64,000 nucleotides of DNA from Raillietiella orientalis. Taxonomy: Eukaryota. Below the pieces are notes generated by a model that was not told where the DNA came from, made no database searches, and saw nothing but the letters and a program-made list of their open reading frames with translations. The stretch's first letter is position 1. Every line of letters begins with the position of its first letter. The DNA lies in the NCBI GenBank assembly GCA_036172245.1, contig JAYWIR010000001.1, positions 7,378,001 through 7,442,000 on the forward strand, in the 5' to 3' direction. This document shows, piece by piece, positions 45,801 to 59,730 of the stretch. The translations under genes and the position numbers were made by a program.

Positions 45801-48800
45801 TCATGGATGTGCCGCCTGCGGGGCGGCACTTGACCTGGAGCAAGGGTTCACCGTCATAGATGACCCACGCTGGATCTCTTCCCCTCCAAAGCACTCCTGC
45901 GACCACCAGTCGCTCTCGGACTAGCGGACCGGTTGCAGCCACTCGAGGACTTCCTCATCCACCTTTCCTCCCTTCGTCGTCGTTCTCCTCCTCCCAATTC
46001 ACTCTTGGCTTTCCCTGAAAGATTCCTCCGAGTTCCCAAGATTTCCGGACTTCCGAGCCCCTACCTGCTCCCCAATCCTTCCCCAGCGACGCGCACGCAA
46101 TAGGGGCCGTCTCCAAGCAAGAGGAGGAAGCTTCTCCACTTCCTCCACCTCTCCTCCCTTTTGGTATACTCCCTGGAACGCTCCGTGTTGTCTCGTCTGG
46201 ACGACGAGAGAAGCGGCGGCGCTCCGTGGGAGCCAAGACCGCCGGAAGGGGAGGATTCTCCTAAAGGAAGGCTCTCCCGAGCGCAGACGAGCGTCTCCGC
46301 GGTTGCCTGGAAACCGTTCCGGCGCCGACGGCAGTGCCCCAAGGACTGCTCGACCAGGGCGCAACGTGGTTCCCCTCCTTAGCAACTCGACTAAGGCGGG
46401 AGAACGACCTTCCTTGAGAGCATCCCGACCGAAGCTCCCTCGCGGGCCTGCTCCCCTGCGACCCGAGAGAAACTGCTGCCATGCACCGGTCGGCGACTGC
46501 GGACACGCCTCGCCCCGCTGACCCCCGCATTGGTCCCTGCCGCTGTGCGATTGGTCTGCCTCGCGTGCGTGCCACGACGAGCACCGGGAAGTCGCTGCTC
46601 CCCGGTTGTTGCGGAGCTCTAAAAGATCCCGACAAGGAGGGCTCAGAAAGAGATCCGCTCGACCCCAGAAGGAATCCTGTCTTCAACCCTTTTACCTAAT
46701 CCGACCCGGGGTCACGGGACTCGAGAGATCGGCCTTCGCCTGTTCTTTGAGGCGGGGAGTTGCCTGGAGTGTGGAAGCCCGCTGGGAACTGGGTCTTCCG
46801 GCAACGCCACAATCGACCGCCGGCGGCTCCGTGCCCGCCGGCGGTCGGAGGAAGAGTGCGCGCGCCCATTTGTCCATCTGCGTTTATGGATTCGAGGAAA
46901 CGGAGCGGCCGTGACTTTCCTCAAGGAGCGCTGGTCTCCGCTTCGCTCCCGACTCATTGGCCCTCGTCCAGCTACAGCCAGCCTCCACGGGAACCGAAGT
47001 CATCGACCTGATCTGGAGCGAATGCCTCTGAGGTTCTTCCGGTCACTGATCATGCTTTTTTTCTTCTTCTTCCCTTTCTCTTTCTTTTTTTCTCTCTTCG
47101 GGATTTCTGGATGCACTTTCGCGTGTGCTGGCACATCCTCTCCTGTCTCGTCGGCACATGCTTACGCAGCCCGCAAAAACGCAGAGTAAAGCTCGCTGCT
47201 GCTGCCACCTCTCGATTCGTACAACCGCGCAGCACGGGGGGAAGAGGGCGCGCGCAACTGCTGCTCACGAGCGCGCCCTCGCGAGCAGCCTGCTCGGCGA
47301 CCCCGGCTCCAAAGTCGAATGACCTTCGAAGCGCGTGGAGATCCGAAAAAGGGGCGCGTGGACGAAACCAGTTCGGAAGCGCAAAGCCAGATCTTTGCCG
47401 CGAGGAGGATGAAGCGACAGAGTCCGAGAAGCTTCCATCGAATCAAGGATCCCCCTCGTGGGGCGAAAGGACAGAGGCCAGGCGCATGCGCCCGCGGGAA
47501 ATCCGGAACCGGGAGAAGCCACACGGGAACGCCCGGGGAATCGACCAGGACAACGTGACTCCCAGCGCAAGGCTTGAGCAGACATGTGCGAGGCAGCTAC
47601 CGCTCGCACCATCCGGCGCAACTTGAACTCTGACCTTTTCGTCCCTACACGCTGGGGCATTCATTGCAAGCAAATAATGAAAATTTAAATAAGAAAGGGT
47701 CAGGCATGTGCCGGCCGGAACCTCACTGGGGATGTGACCTGAGGGGGAGGGACAGGGACGACTGTTTATTTATCAGAGGATGAATGGGACGTGCCTCAAG
47801 GCAGTGATCCCGAGGAACTGAGCAAGGAAGGGAAAAGGGGGGGGGGGGGACAACTCTGCCTACTAGCAAATGGCTCTCCCTTCCGTTTCGCCTCATTCTG
47901 CCCGAGGGCCGTTGTAGTGCAAGCAGTTTCTGTGGGTGGAAGCCACCCACTCCTGGAGGTCAGAGGCGCTGGCAGGAGGCTAACCAGAAGTTGGCCAGCA
48001 AGGTGAACCTTGGGGGTCCTTCTAACGTCTGTGGGACTCCCCACTGGTACATTTGGAAGGCCTCGGCAGTCTGCTCTCGTCTCTGGTTCCACAGAACAAA
48101 GAACCTCCCATCGTCAAAGTGGAGAAAGACAACTTTTTTGGGTGCTAGCAGGAGGGCCGCGAACACTCCGACTGCGACCTTCCTCTGCAGCCATCTCGCC
48201 GGCGCACCCGTTTACTCTCCAGTCCTCGAAACGCGAGGGCGTGAGCGGCGGGTCAGCATCTCACGGATAGTGCAGCATCCGAGAAAGGCGGTGTTGCGGC
48301 TGCTCGGAAGCAGCAACCGCCACCGCGAACGCCAGAGCAGATCGGACATGACGTGTCTTCGCCGACACCTGGACCTCCCCCCCCCTTTACGACCTCTTTC
48401 TTCTCTTCGCTCACCGAGGCTGCGTAGAACCGCGAAGAAAGGAAAGCAGCGCTTCCAGGCCCCCTAGGGGAAAAAGTGAAAAGGAAGGCGAAGCAGGAAG
48501 AGGGGGTGGCTCTCCCTCTTCCCTCCCGGTCTTCGATGGAGTCTCCTTGGAGCCTGCTCTGTTGGCAGCAGGAAGCACCCTGAGCCGAGGATTCATCCTT
48601 CTAGGCTTCTGGACACGTCATCGGGAGCATAGAGCGAAGGAGCGAAAGTCGGAAATGCTCTTTGCCCCTCGCTTTCGGGAGCATCGTCGCCACCTCCCAT
48701 CTCCGCTCAACGCACGGATCCTCATGGATCCCCAAACTCAGAGGAAGTGCCGAAAGAATCCCGGATGTTAACGTTCTTCCCATGCATCTCGCCTGCCACT

Positions 48801-51800
48801 ACCCTGAGCTGCTTCGGCTGGCGAAGTGACCCGTAGCGCGAGCATATCTGGCGACCCTGCCTCGATTCGCGAACGTCCCTTCTCCCTGTCACATTCGGGA
48901 GGGAGTTCACGAGGGGGGGACGTAGGGTACGAGCGAGCTGCTGTAGAGAGAGGCTGGCAGCAGACTTCACCCGAGAAAGTGCCGTGCTCGGACAAGCAGA
49001 CGTTTCTGAGCACCGCCCGGGAAGATCTCTCGATGCCAGAACGAACCCTCTAGGCTCATCTAAGGGAAACTCGCCGGGATCCGCACGCGAACCGATGCAT
49101 GTCCTCCTGGATGCTCTGCCTGTCCGCTGATTGAGACAAAGTGGAAGAAAGCGGGAACGGGGAAAGTTGCAGCGTCCTTTCTCATGGCCGTCCTGGCGGG
49201 AGAGCCGGAAGCTGATACTCCCCAAACGAGCTCCCGCTCGATCTGCGATAACGAGCAGCACAACGCTCTGAGGGCAGCGTCTCCCCGCGTCGTGAAAGCT
49301 GGTCGTGCTGTGCCGACGCCAGCCCGGGAAAGACGGGCGAAGCGGGGACACCGCACCATCCCTCTGCCGCAGTGATCGTTGTTCCTGCTCGGGAGACGCA
49401 ATCTCGAGAAGCGGTTGGGTCCACTCCATCCGAGCAGACACTCCGTGGCGCTCACCTATACCAACTATACAGTTAGACTGACAGGTCCGTCCGTCCACTC
49501 CACCACATAGCCACGCTGCACCGTTCATCCACTTCTTCTTCGAGTCGTAAAGTTACTTCGATCGTTGGCATCCCCAGATCCGTTCCCTATATACCTTGTA
49601 GCGACAGAGTCGTGCCTCTGATCCATTGCTGTTACATAGTCAAACTGCAACATTGACTCTTCACTGAAGAAAGAATCTCCTGTGTTCTTGGGTTCGCCTC
49701 CAGGTGGAGATTGTGCCTGCAGGTCTTTTTCAAAAGGTCCTTTTTTGTCGAATCGACGACGGGAGCAGCAGCGAGCAGCACAGCGTTCGTCCCACCATCT
49801 TATTTGTTGGTACGTCCCAATTATCACCACCGGCTCTCTTATGACACGAAACATCCGCTTCAAAGATGCTGCATGGAACAGGAACATTGGAAGGACCTCA
49901 TCAGTAGCCGGTATCAGTCGGAGACTTTGAGGCAATCAGCTGCAGCTCGCGAAGAGATTTACCATCACACCTAGAGGGAGAGAAGCGCACGAGGGCGACG
50001 CATCTTTGTTCCCGGGTAGGCAGGGCATCCTCTGCGAGGAATGTCTGGAAGCTGGCGTCGGGATTCCTCCGTTTGCAGGTCCTTCTGGTTCGGGCCTGTG
50101 GACGCACTCCTCCCTCTAGGAACCTCCGCCGCCGGGCGGACGGAGCACTTGGATGATTTTCAAGTTCGTGCGGCTCCCTTCCCAAAACCCTGATGGGAAG
50201 AATTAGGTGGAAAATCGGAGGAAACGAGGCAATTTCCCCCCCTCCCCCCGTTCCTCTCCTAAAGGATCCTTCCCCTTCTCTCCCTCCTTGAAGTCTCTCA
50301 TCGATCCCAGATCCCAGCTGGGATTCTCCTAGCATGCAGGGACCCGCGGTGCTCCCTCCGTGGCGAAAGGATGAGGGTGGAGTCTTCTGGCGTCCCTCCT
50401 TTTGCCGGTTCCAGCTACCGAGTACTCCGGAGCGGTCACGAGATGCTTGCTGGATGCATGTGAGGATCGAGCCGTTCCCACTGACCACGAGAAGAAAGTT
50501 CTTCCCGTCATTTTCCGAGGAGAGAGCGTGTGATGACCGACCTCCGATGTGGCCTGTTTGCACGGGGAGTCAGCAGGATTCTTTGCAAAGCGTGGGAGCC
50601 GACGTCCAACGTCCATGGCGCGAGTCACGACAAAAGATGAACACTGACCGAGGGACCAGTGTGGCTACCTCCGGGTGCCGAAGAAACGCAGCTGGTCTTG
50701 CCTCTAGGCGACCTTGAACTTCAGCTGCTACTGGTCGCTATTCCGGGAAGACTGACAGCCAGGGGAAGATTGCTCCCCCTGTTCCTACTCCTCTCAGGTG
50801 AAGATTTTGCCGTTCTGAGGTGAATCAGGAAATTCTTCTTCTCTCCCATTGCTTTCCCCCCTTCTAACCTCTCAGGAGCTCAAAAGACAGCCTAGCTCCC
50901 CCACTGGGTCGCCCAAGGCAAACACGGGAAGCCACGCAGATTTTCGTCCCGGTGCCCCATCCGCGGGAGCTGGCGAGAGTATCTTCCCTGTCCCTTGTCC
51001 ATCCCAACTTCTCCCTGCATCGAGACCGCTGCGACCCAGGGGTAGAGGAGGGGTAAGCACGGTGCTCGACCGACCGGGTGGCAGCAGCTTCTCTTCTGAG
51101 GATGCTCGACCATTCTCTCCTAAGAGGAGCACGGAGAACGGCCTCCTCGATCCCCGATGATTTGTTTCCCTCCTTCCCCTCCCGCATTCTCCTGCAGCAC
51201 CGTCCCAGCACGAGTTGCCGGAACGGAGAGCAGCGGCAGGAGTGCCCGCGCACCGAATCGCAATCGCATAAGGGGACTCCACGACCTTGCTCCGCTCTCT
51301 GGCACTTCTATCGGGGTGTAAGCTCCCCTTCCCTCCTCCTCCTCCTCCCACTATCACGAGAGCTCCCCGAGCTCACGGAGGGGGAGAAGGGTTCGTGGGG
51401 GAGGGTGGGGGGTCCTTTGTCCTCGTAGCGCAGCCCTGCCGCAGAGCAGATCCAGTGGTGACGCGCCTCGCGGTCAAGAGGTGAGGGTCAAGGAAGGTCA
51501 AGCGAGCCCCTGGGAGGGTAGTAGCCCCGCTGCTCTTCTGGAGTGGGAGAGCTCAGGGAACGCCCCCCCCTTCCATGGGAGTTCAGACGATGCTCCAGCG
51601 TTCCACATCCCTTCTTGAGAGCATAAAGGAAGAGAGGGAAAGGGGGAGGGATGTGGACTGATGCAATTTTCCACGCTTTTCAGGGAGCGAACGCGGGCGT
51701 GATCCCGATATCCTTCCGTCCGGAACGGGAATCCTTCGAACAAAGGCGAGCGACCCCCGGAACCAAGAGCGCCTACGGGCCGCTCGCCGTTCCGCTCCCG

Positions 51801-52988
51801 TCTTCTTCCCGCCCGATCCCCGATTCGGTCCCCTAAAGCGTCATCGGTTCGCGCGAGCGCCAGACATTCGAATCTGCACCAGCGCGGGGGGCGAAAGTGG
51901 ACAAGAAAGAAGGGAGATCAGGTGATGTCCCAGTGCTCTGGCGGACGAAACCTGGAGTTGGCAGCTGGTGCAACCGGAAGCTGCGCTGTGGCGTCTCTAG
52001 AAATGGGGATTGAGCGTGCGGGAGAGAGCTGCTGGAGTGGAGGACGGACGAGTCGTCCTCCACTACAGAAGAGCAACGCGGTCACTTCTTTCCGAGGGGC
52101 TCGATTGACCTTCCTCGAACCTGCTCCTCTTCACCACGAGACTCATCCCCGCTGCACCTGTGCTGTGGCAGAGGAGTGCTCCGCTCTGAGGACAGAAGAG
52201 CCTCCCCTCCCCCACAAATGTTTTTCCTCCCCGCTCCCAGGAAGGAGGCTGCTGATTTCCAGGAGCACCACGACGAAGGGGAAAAGGCGTCGCCCCGGAC
52301 GACGACGACGGTCCTTCTCGTCTCTGCGCCCCGTTCCGCCGGTCCTGGAAGCGACGATGGAATCCCCCCTCGGGGCGAAAGACAGGACGACGCGGCGGCG
52401 GCGGCGGCGGCAGGGAATCTGCCGGCGCGCGGCGAGCTCTGCTCCGATTATCCCGGTTGGATTACCGCAAAATCGCGAGTCTCCCTCTCGCTTCGGGAAG
52501 CGATCGAGGCAGGGGCTGGGGGGGGGGAGGCGAGGCGAGGCGCCGTGCAATTTCACGGATAAGAGGGAGCAGCATCTGATAACGACCAGAGCTCAGCACG
52601 ACGAGCGTGCAGCTGCGCCGCCGCCGCATTCCTCCCTTCCGTCCCCCACCTCTTTGACGTGAAAATTGAAGAAAGTGATTCCTGGAACGAAATTGGTACC
52701 GAAGGGTCGAGGATCTGCTAATCCTCGCCTCTGGAGGATCCCACGTCCGCCTGGCGGAGTCGGTCGCGGGCTGGGGGGAAGACAAGAAGGGGCTTCTTTC
52801 TTTCCGGAGAACCGCGGCGCCGTAGCGCGAGCCACCGGCGTCCCCCAGCCGGTGACCGCAGAGGAAGACGCGTCACCGATGCAGCAGCGCCCGCCAGGAG
52901 AAACCTCGGATTCCTCTGGCGAGAGCGGGCGTGAAAGGGGGGTCCAGCATCCGCGGACCGAAGCGGAGGGAAGGTGACTCAGGAAACC

Positions 52989-53058
52989 CATCGTCATCAC
53001 CATCACCATCTTCTTCTTCTTCTTCTTCTTCCTCTTCCGGTTCCTCCTCCTCATCATC
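52989..53058. repeat. Compound trinucleotide microsatellite (CAT/CAC)n(TTC)n(TCC)n
   Basis: catcgtcatcaccatcaccatc followed by about 7 TTC units and a TCC/TCA run. Confidence 0.85.
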
Positions 53059-56000
53059 GGTTTTTCCTGCACACCTTCGTGCGCTCACTGGAAGGAACAG
53101 GGACGGCGAGTCGGGTGAGCGCTCGAGGAACCGTCGCGACACGCCCTCATCCTGTAGCTCACCCGGAAGGCACATCTCCACTTCCTCTTTTGCCTCAACT
53201 CTCAGACGGAGGCGAATCCCCGTTTTCTCCCTGAGCCATGGTTCTCCTAGCCACGTCGCAGGAGAGCCATCTCGAAAAGCAGCTCCCGGGATGGACCTAC
53301 ATTTTTCGAGGGACGGAAGAAGGCACCCCCTTCTCTTGGGGCACCTCCCTCATTCCCTTTGGGACCCCTCCTTCCTCCCTTGCCTTGCGGGAGGGCCTTC
53401 CTCAAGAAAAGGGGGGAGATGCAGGGGCCGCAGACTGGGCAGGATCACGGCTAAAAGGGAGGAGAGGGGAGGAGGATCTCTTGAGGAATCTCGGTGGCTC
53501 GTCCCTGGACTTATTCGCTCGGATAGGGCCGTCACCATTCCTCTCTCTCGAAACGCACCCCTTCCTTTCGGGACCGGCCCCGCCGCTCCTTGAAGAAGGA
53601 AGAAATTCACCCCCTGCCCTCCTCTGAATCCCCATTTCTCCCTTTTCCCTTGTTTCGGAGCCGGGAACTTCTCCGTACCCCTCTTTCTCCTGGGACGGCG
53701 CGGCCGACGTGAAGGCGATACCGTGCCGCGTTTACCACGGAGGGCGCCACTCGTGGGCTGGGCACGGTCCCCTGGTCCCCTGCGGTACGAAGGCCTCCAG
53801 GAGACCGGAAACGGCAAAGGACGCAAGGGAGGGAGAAGTGCGACCCAAGAGATTTCCGCAAGCCGAACTCCAGGGCGGGAAGCCCTCCGGGTGCGAATGC
53901 AGCCTTCCGCGGGCGCTCCCGAGACTCCACGATGAAAAGCGTTTACCCGGCAAGGAGGGGTCTTCCTTCCAGAGGGAACACTGGAGCGAGACTCCCTCTG
54001 TAGTGAAGGAGAGGAGGGACCGAATGAGGAAGGACACGAGGAGGAGGAGGGGTGAAGAAGCAGGGAGCAAGAGGGGGGCAAGAAAGACAGAAAAGGAGAA
54101 CAAGGAGAAACAGAAACAGGAAAAGGGGGGATGAGAAAACGAAGGGGAAGAGGTGAGGGAATGGAAAGAGAGGAAGGGGGAAGAACGGGAGGAGCGGGAA
54201 GGGAAGATGGAGAAAGAGGCTTCCTTGGGATAAACGGCTTTAGAAGGTCGGAGAGGAGACTAATGGGCAAGAAAGAAGACAGGTCACTCGGTTCACCGAG
54301 GCCTCCTCAGAGAGTTCATCCGTGAGATTCCAGGAGACCGATGCTCCCGCATCCAGAGGAACCCGCCGCCTGGGAGCGAATACCTTCCAGAAGCAGCCGT
54401 CTTCCAGGTTCCTGCTCACAACCAATTGTCCCGAAACTCGCGTCCGGGAATAGAAGAGGGTTTCGTCCCGAACTGCTCTCCTTCGGTATCCTGAAGGAGT
54501 GTGATCCTTTGCACAAAAGCTCGTCCAGTCCCCAGGATTGCCTTTCCTTCGAAGCAGAAAGGAGAATTCAGGATCCTGGCTCTCTTCCCGCAGGCCGACA
54601 CGGTCCGGAACTGGGACAAGCAGCTCTGCGAACTGGGGTCAGCAGAGAGCGCTTCGTGCTCTTCGGGAAGGATCATGAGGGCAGAGGTCAGGGAAAGTTG
54701 CACCCTGGATGCTGAACCACTTGCAGTTTCTGCAAGATGCTGCAGCAGAGGTTTCCTCCCGTTCCCCCCTCCCCTTCGCCCTGCTCCGACTGTCCGAGAG
54801 TTGTCCTCTGCTGCCCCGCGTCCTAGGCAGCAGGTGCCGCGGCACGGACAAAGGACATGTGGTGAAGGAAATGGGCGTTCATGGGCGGCGGACCTTGTTC
54901 GCCGTGACCACCGAGATGCGGCAGCCCTCGCCTCGACCTGCTGCAGCGCTCGAGCTCGTGCTGCCCTCAGGCGGATGTAGCTGCTGCCTCGGCGCTCAGA
55001 CTCAGTGCATCCTCCTCGCAGCTGCGAACACGTTGCGGTCCAGAACGATCCGCCATCGTCCCCTGTAAGCAGGAAGAACCTCCCTCGAGCTCTGACCTCC
55101 CCGAAGGAGTAAACGGGCAGCAGCCTTCCGGCTAGATGAGAGTTTCCGTGGAAACCTCCCTGTGTGGAGGACGGGTCAGTGTACAGACGCTGCAAAGTCG
55201 CGTGCTCCGTTTCGAGGACTTCTGAGCTGGAGCTAGCTGCTGGATGTTCTGTACTAAAATCTACAGCGGCTCCCAGTTTCTTTTGGACGCTCGCACCCTC
55301 CCCCTTAAATTGACAGGGGTCGGCGTCGATGCTGCTGCACTGGGTTCTCCCGTGCAACGCTCGCCAGCATCACTGGACATGGGAGTGCATGAGCCCGAAC
55401 TGTGGCAGGTGCGGGAGCTGGAATCTCTCCCGCACCTACTTGTGGATCGTGTTGTTGTCTTTCGACCTCTCTGTGAACGCTTTGCCACGACCCAAGGAAC
55501 CCCCGGAGGCGACCCCAGGGACGCTTTAAGAACCCTTCTCGCACACGACGCCCTTTGGTCAGCAGCAGCCTCGTTAGCAGTTCCCTGCTGCCTACGCAGG
55601 AGTGTGGTGGTCTGGAGCGACGCAAGAGGAGGGTCGAGAGACAAGGGTGCCACATCCACTTCGCCGTCCTCTTCATGGAGATGGCAACGACATGCCATAG
55701 CCATGAACGTGAACTTGTCCGCATCCTCGAAAGGATGCAGAGGACTGCCCCCAGCAGACTGTGATCCCTTCCCGCACCCCACTCCCTCCCTAAATTTATT
55801 TATTCATCTTTATTTTGGTTTCTTTTTGTTCGCCCCCTCCCCTCTTCTGCTGTGGAGAACCTCACTGGTCTGAGATCCGGTAACCCAGAAGGTTCCTTTG
55901 GAAACGGACGCGGTTGGACCACCGGTCCAACTACACAAACTATGAACGCTTATTTATTTATTTATTTTATAAAAGAAACGCTCCTGCATACCCAGACGAA

Positions 56001-58816
56001 AAACCACCGCTCTCCAGGCCGCCATCGAGACAGGGATGAGGGCTCTCGCCAAACAGGGCAGGGTTTTGAAGGTGGGAGCCAGCTTGCCGAGTGCGCGCGG
56101 AGGTGCCACCCGCCTAGTGGCGCGCAGCCCTCGAAACACCTGCTCGGCGATGCCGGAACGGATGAGGAGGCGCACCCCGAAGCACGGGCACGGTGCCGGA
56201 CGTGTGACTGACGCCAGGAGGGGGAGAGATCCCTTCGCGGGAGGGCAGTGCAGAGCGGAGGAGGCGAGGGAGACCGGAAGTCGTGCGAAATAGCGACGGC
56301 AAGCCGCTTCCGGGTGCCTTGAGCGCTCTCCTGTGGAGGAGACCGCGCCGGCAGGAGCAGGTGTCCAGGAAGCCTCGTCCCCCCCCCCTTCCATCCTCAC
56401 CTCCCCAGGATCATCCCGAACGGGCATTCCCACCGCTTCCTCGCATCCCTGCTTGCGTTCCTTCGCAGCTGGCAGCTGGCGACGGCCGCAAGAAGCGTCA
56501 GCGGGTGCGCGGTCAGTCCCCGCCTCGCTCCTCCTCTCTCCCTCCCTTCCTTCCTTCCTTCCATCGATCAACACGAATAATTCACTTTGCCTTGGAATCC
56601 CCTGGACATGCGGGAACCGGCTAAAAATTGACACGATCAGGTCCTTCCCGAATTATCGATCCGGATGCTGCGAGACTAATTAGAGAGAGGATTATTGTGG
56701 GAATGCTGCCAGTACCGCCGTCGCCATGGTTTTCCCCTGAGCCGGACAGTGCTCTCCAGGAAGATCCCGGCGCGTTTACGATCCCGAATTTCCCTAAACA
56801 TGCAATCAAACGTTTTCCCCCGAAACTTCCGGGATCCCGGGGTTTCGTTCGATGCAAAAACTTTTATCCCGCTACGTCCCTCTCCCCCTTTCCTTTCTCC
56901 TTCCGCCTCCTCCTTCCCTCTTCCATCCCGTTCCTGTCGGCATCCCCCGGTCGTTAGCAGGGGACTTGTTTTGCCCGGCTTGCTGTCAGCTGCTTTCCTC
57001 CGCCCCTCCCCCAGGGACGGAGGGGGGGGGAGGGAACCCCGACCCTTGCGGGTGAGGGAGAGGGGAGTGGCAACTTTTGCTTCCTTTGGCTCCCCCCTCC
57101 CCCCGCATGCCCCGGGATGATGGGCTGAGGCTCGTGCTCGCGGTCTGCCTGCAGCTGCCAGCAGTCGGAGGCGAACCTTCTTCACGGAGGCGATTTCGAT
57201 GAGGGAACACTGGAAGGAGGGTACGCTGGGGAGAAGGCGGGAGGGGGGGAGGGAACGAAAGCGAAAACAAAAACAAAAAATTCCTTTGGTCCTACCCCTT
57301 AGGAGTGCGAAAGATCCCTCCCCTCAGGAGAAGGGAGGCAGGAAGCTCCATCGCTCCCGGAGCTCCTTCCCTCTTTCCTCTAGGCTGCGACCACGTTGTC
57401 GAACGCCACAGCGCGGTCCAGTAGCCCCCAGCATCCCGCACTTTCGTTTCCACGGAAGGCGCTTGGGAAGACAGCCGCCGCAGCTCCGCTGCTGCGCTTC
57501 TTCCCCCCTCCCTTCTCGTTGCTAAGTAGCGACACAGTTGAGAGTGCATGGGCGAAAAGGGGGATCAGGCGGAGCAGAGGGCTGATCGTCGTACCGGGGC
57601 GATGAGCCGCCATTCTTTGGCGTCATCTTCGAGAGAGCATCTGGACCGATAAGGGTCCCGGAGAGACTCCAGGACTCTTCCTTGACCAGCGACTCTCTCA
57701 AGGCGGAATGGCGGCAGCGACGGCGCCTTCGCGACGAGAGTGCCCGGAACCCAGGGAAACTCCTGGAGCTGGCAGTTCCCCGGGCGCGGGAGGCAGCAGG
57801 TGGCTCCTCCGACTTCCCGTGGGGAGACTACCGCCCGCGCGCGCCAGGCCTCCTCGCCTCTCCCCGCGGCGAGCTGGAGAGAGGGAAGCCAGCCTGGAAT
57901 AGCGAAATCTGGGAAGTCGGGAGCGCGTGGACCCAGTCGAGTTCCCAGGTTTTCCCAGTTTTTTTTTTTTCCTTTCCGCTCTTTCCCTCTCCCTCCCTCC
58001 TTCTTCTCCTTCTTCCCCTACTTTGCCCCATTTTTCCAGGGATTTCGGAATCCCAAACTCGGGACAATAACACACGTGGCGCGCGCGTAAGCTCACCATT
58101 GTGGTCACGTGGCGCGCACGAGCGGCTCGTAAAAGTGAAATACCACTTTAATGGCCATCCAAGGGTTCGGGATACGGGAGCGGGTGAAGGTCCACGCTCG
58201 CACCCTCCGAGATTAGAGCAAGTGGCGCGGCGGAACGCCGCCCAACGCCCATCCAAGCGTGCGTTCACACGGGGAAGCGTCCGCGCCCGGACACATGCGC
58301 AAACACGCAGCGCGTAACATCCCCCGCACGTGCGACATTTGCGTGTGCGCTCCTGGATAAACACGGGAACGCGCAGGCGCGCGGCTTTGCTCCGCGCTGA
58401 ACCGAAAGCAAATGTCGGTGCTTCCATTCTGTGTGCATGCACGCAGCATTCTATTAATAGATCCGGATGGCGCGCTGCCGAGGTGCGTAACGCGCATGCA
58501 CGCACGCCCGGACACATGTCAGAAGCAGATTTCCTCGAGACTCGCGCGTCGCCTGTCGCGTCGCGACGGAGAGTTTCCGGACGCAAGGGAATTGAGCGGC
58601 GGTCCAGTGGAGGCGAGTTTTCCGGAGGTGCGGTTTTTCCACGGGAGGCAGACAGTGGAATGGCAGTTCACACGGGGAAAGCCTGCGAGCGGCGGTCACT
58701 CGGAATCAGTTAAAGAGTGACTGTTCCGGGAAAAGGGAATCTTGGGCGATGCCTCGCTGAATATCCAAATCACCTTTAAAACTCGACAAGGAAAGGAGGA
58801 AGTGGAAAAAGCAAAA

Positions 58817-58843
58817 AAATAAATAAATAAATAAATAAATAAA
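58817..58843. repeat. (AAAT)n microsatellite
   Basis: About 6 consecutive AAAT units preceded by an A-run. Confidence 0.9.
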
Positions 58844-59581
58844 CGGAGAGGGCGAGGAGGCGGGGGAAAGAACGAAAAAGCTCTTTCTTTGATTCAGGTG
58901 TGCGCGACGCATGCCTCGAGCAGCCTTCCCAAATGTAGGGGTGCGCCTTTCGCCTCCGCGCATGCCGTTAACCGCACGACCGTCCCCTGTCAGGTGACTG
59001 CTTGTCATTCCGAGACGTGAAGAGACACGTTCCGTTCCGAAACACCGTGTTCCGATTGCGCCGTTAGAGCAAATCGTGCGTGAATATGCGACATCCATGA
59101 GGATGCCATTCGCGTGTTTGGATGGGGGGTGCCATCGACCCAAATGTGGATCGTCAATCACCGATCTCCTCGCTTCAGGATCCGAGCAAATGCGCGCCGG
59201 GAGATCTGGACGTTTCCTCGTTTGGCGTTTCATGCCGCGGCACGGAAGCCTCGAGAAATTAGGGAAGCGGCTCCCCTGACGACCGAACAGCGAATCAATC
59301 CGCCGAGAAGAATCATACTCTCTCGATCCGTGAGAAGGAGCACGCGCGGCGCGCGCTCGCATGCACAGTCGGCAAACAACGCACCCCTAGCTTATGCGAA
59401 CACGTGAGCTGATACGCGCTTAGATTTGCTTACGCAAGGTGAATCCTCTGAGCTGCGAACGACAACGGAAACGTCAAGGAGCAAGAAAAATGAAAACGCT
59501 GAAATGGGTACTGCTTCCGCTGCGCCCTTTTCCTGAATTCTTTTCAAAGAAACCATAGAAACCTTGAAGTTGGTGCTTTCC

Positions 59582-59730
59582 TTGTTGCACCTTTCCAATT
59601 CCTTTCCGTCAAACAATCGGAATTTCGGAATCGGTGTTCTCATTGTTGCGCCCTTCCAATTCCTTTCCGTCAAACAATCGGAATCTCGGAATCGGTGTTC
59701 TCATTGTTGCACCTTTCAAATTCCTTTCCG
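59582..59730. repeat. 61-bp tandem repeat, ~2.4 copies
   Basis: Unit ttgttgcacctttccaattcctttccgtcaaacaatcggaatttcggaatcggtgttctca starts at 59582, 59643 and 59704 (last copy 27 nt), with only a few substitutions. Confidence 0.95.

Noticed and set aside
59582..59730. CRISPR-like geometry (three 27-bp repeats separated by 34-bp segments)
   Set aside because: The two 'spacers' are identical apart from one base, there are no cas genes, and the context is eukaryotic. It is a plain tandem repeat.
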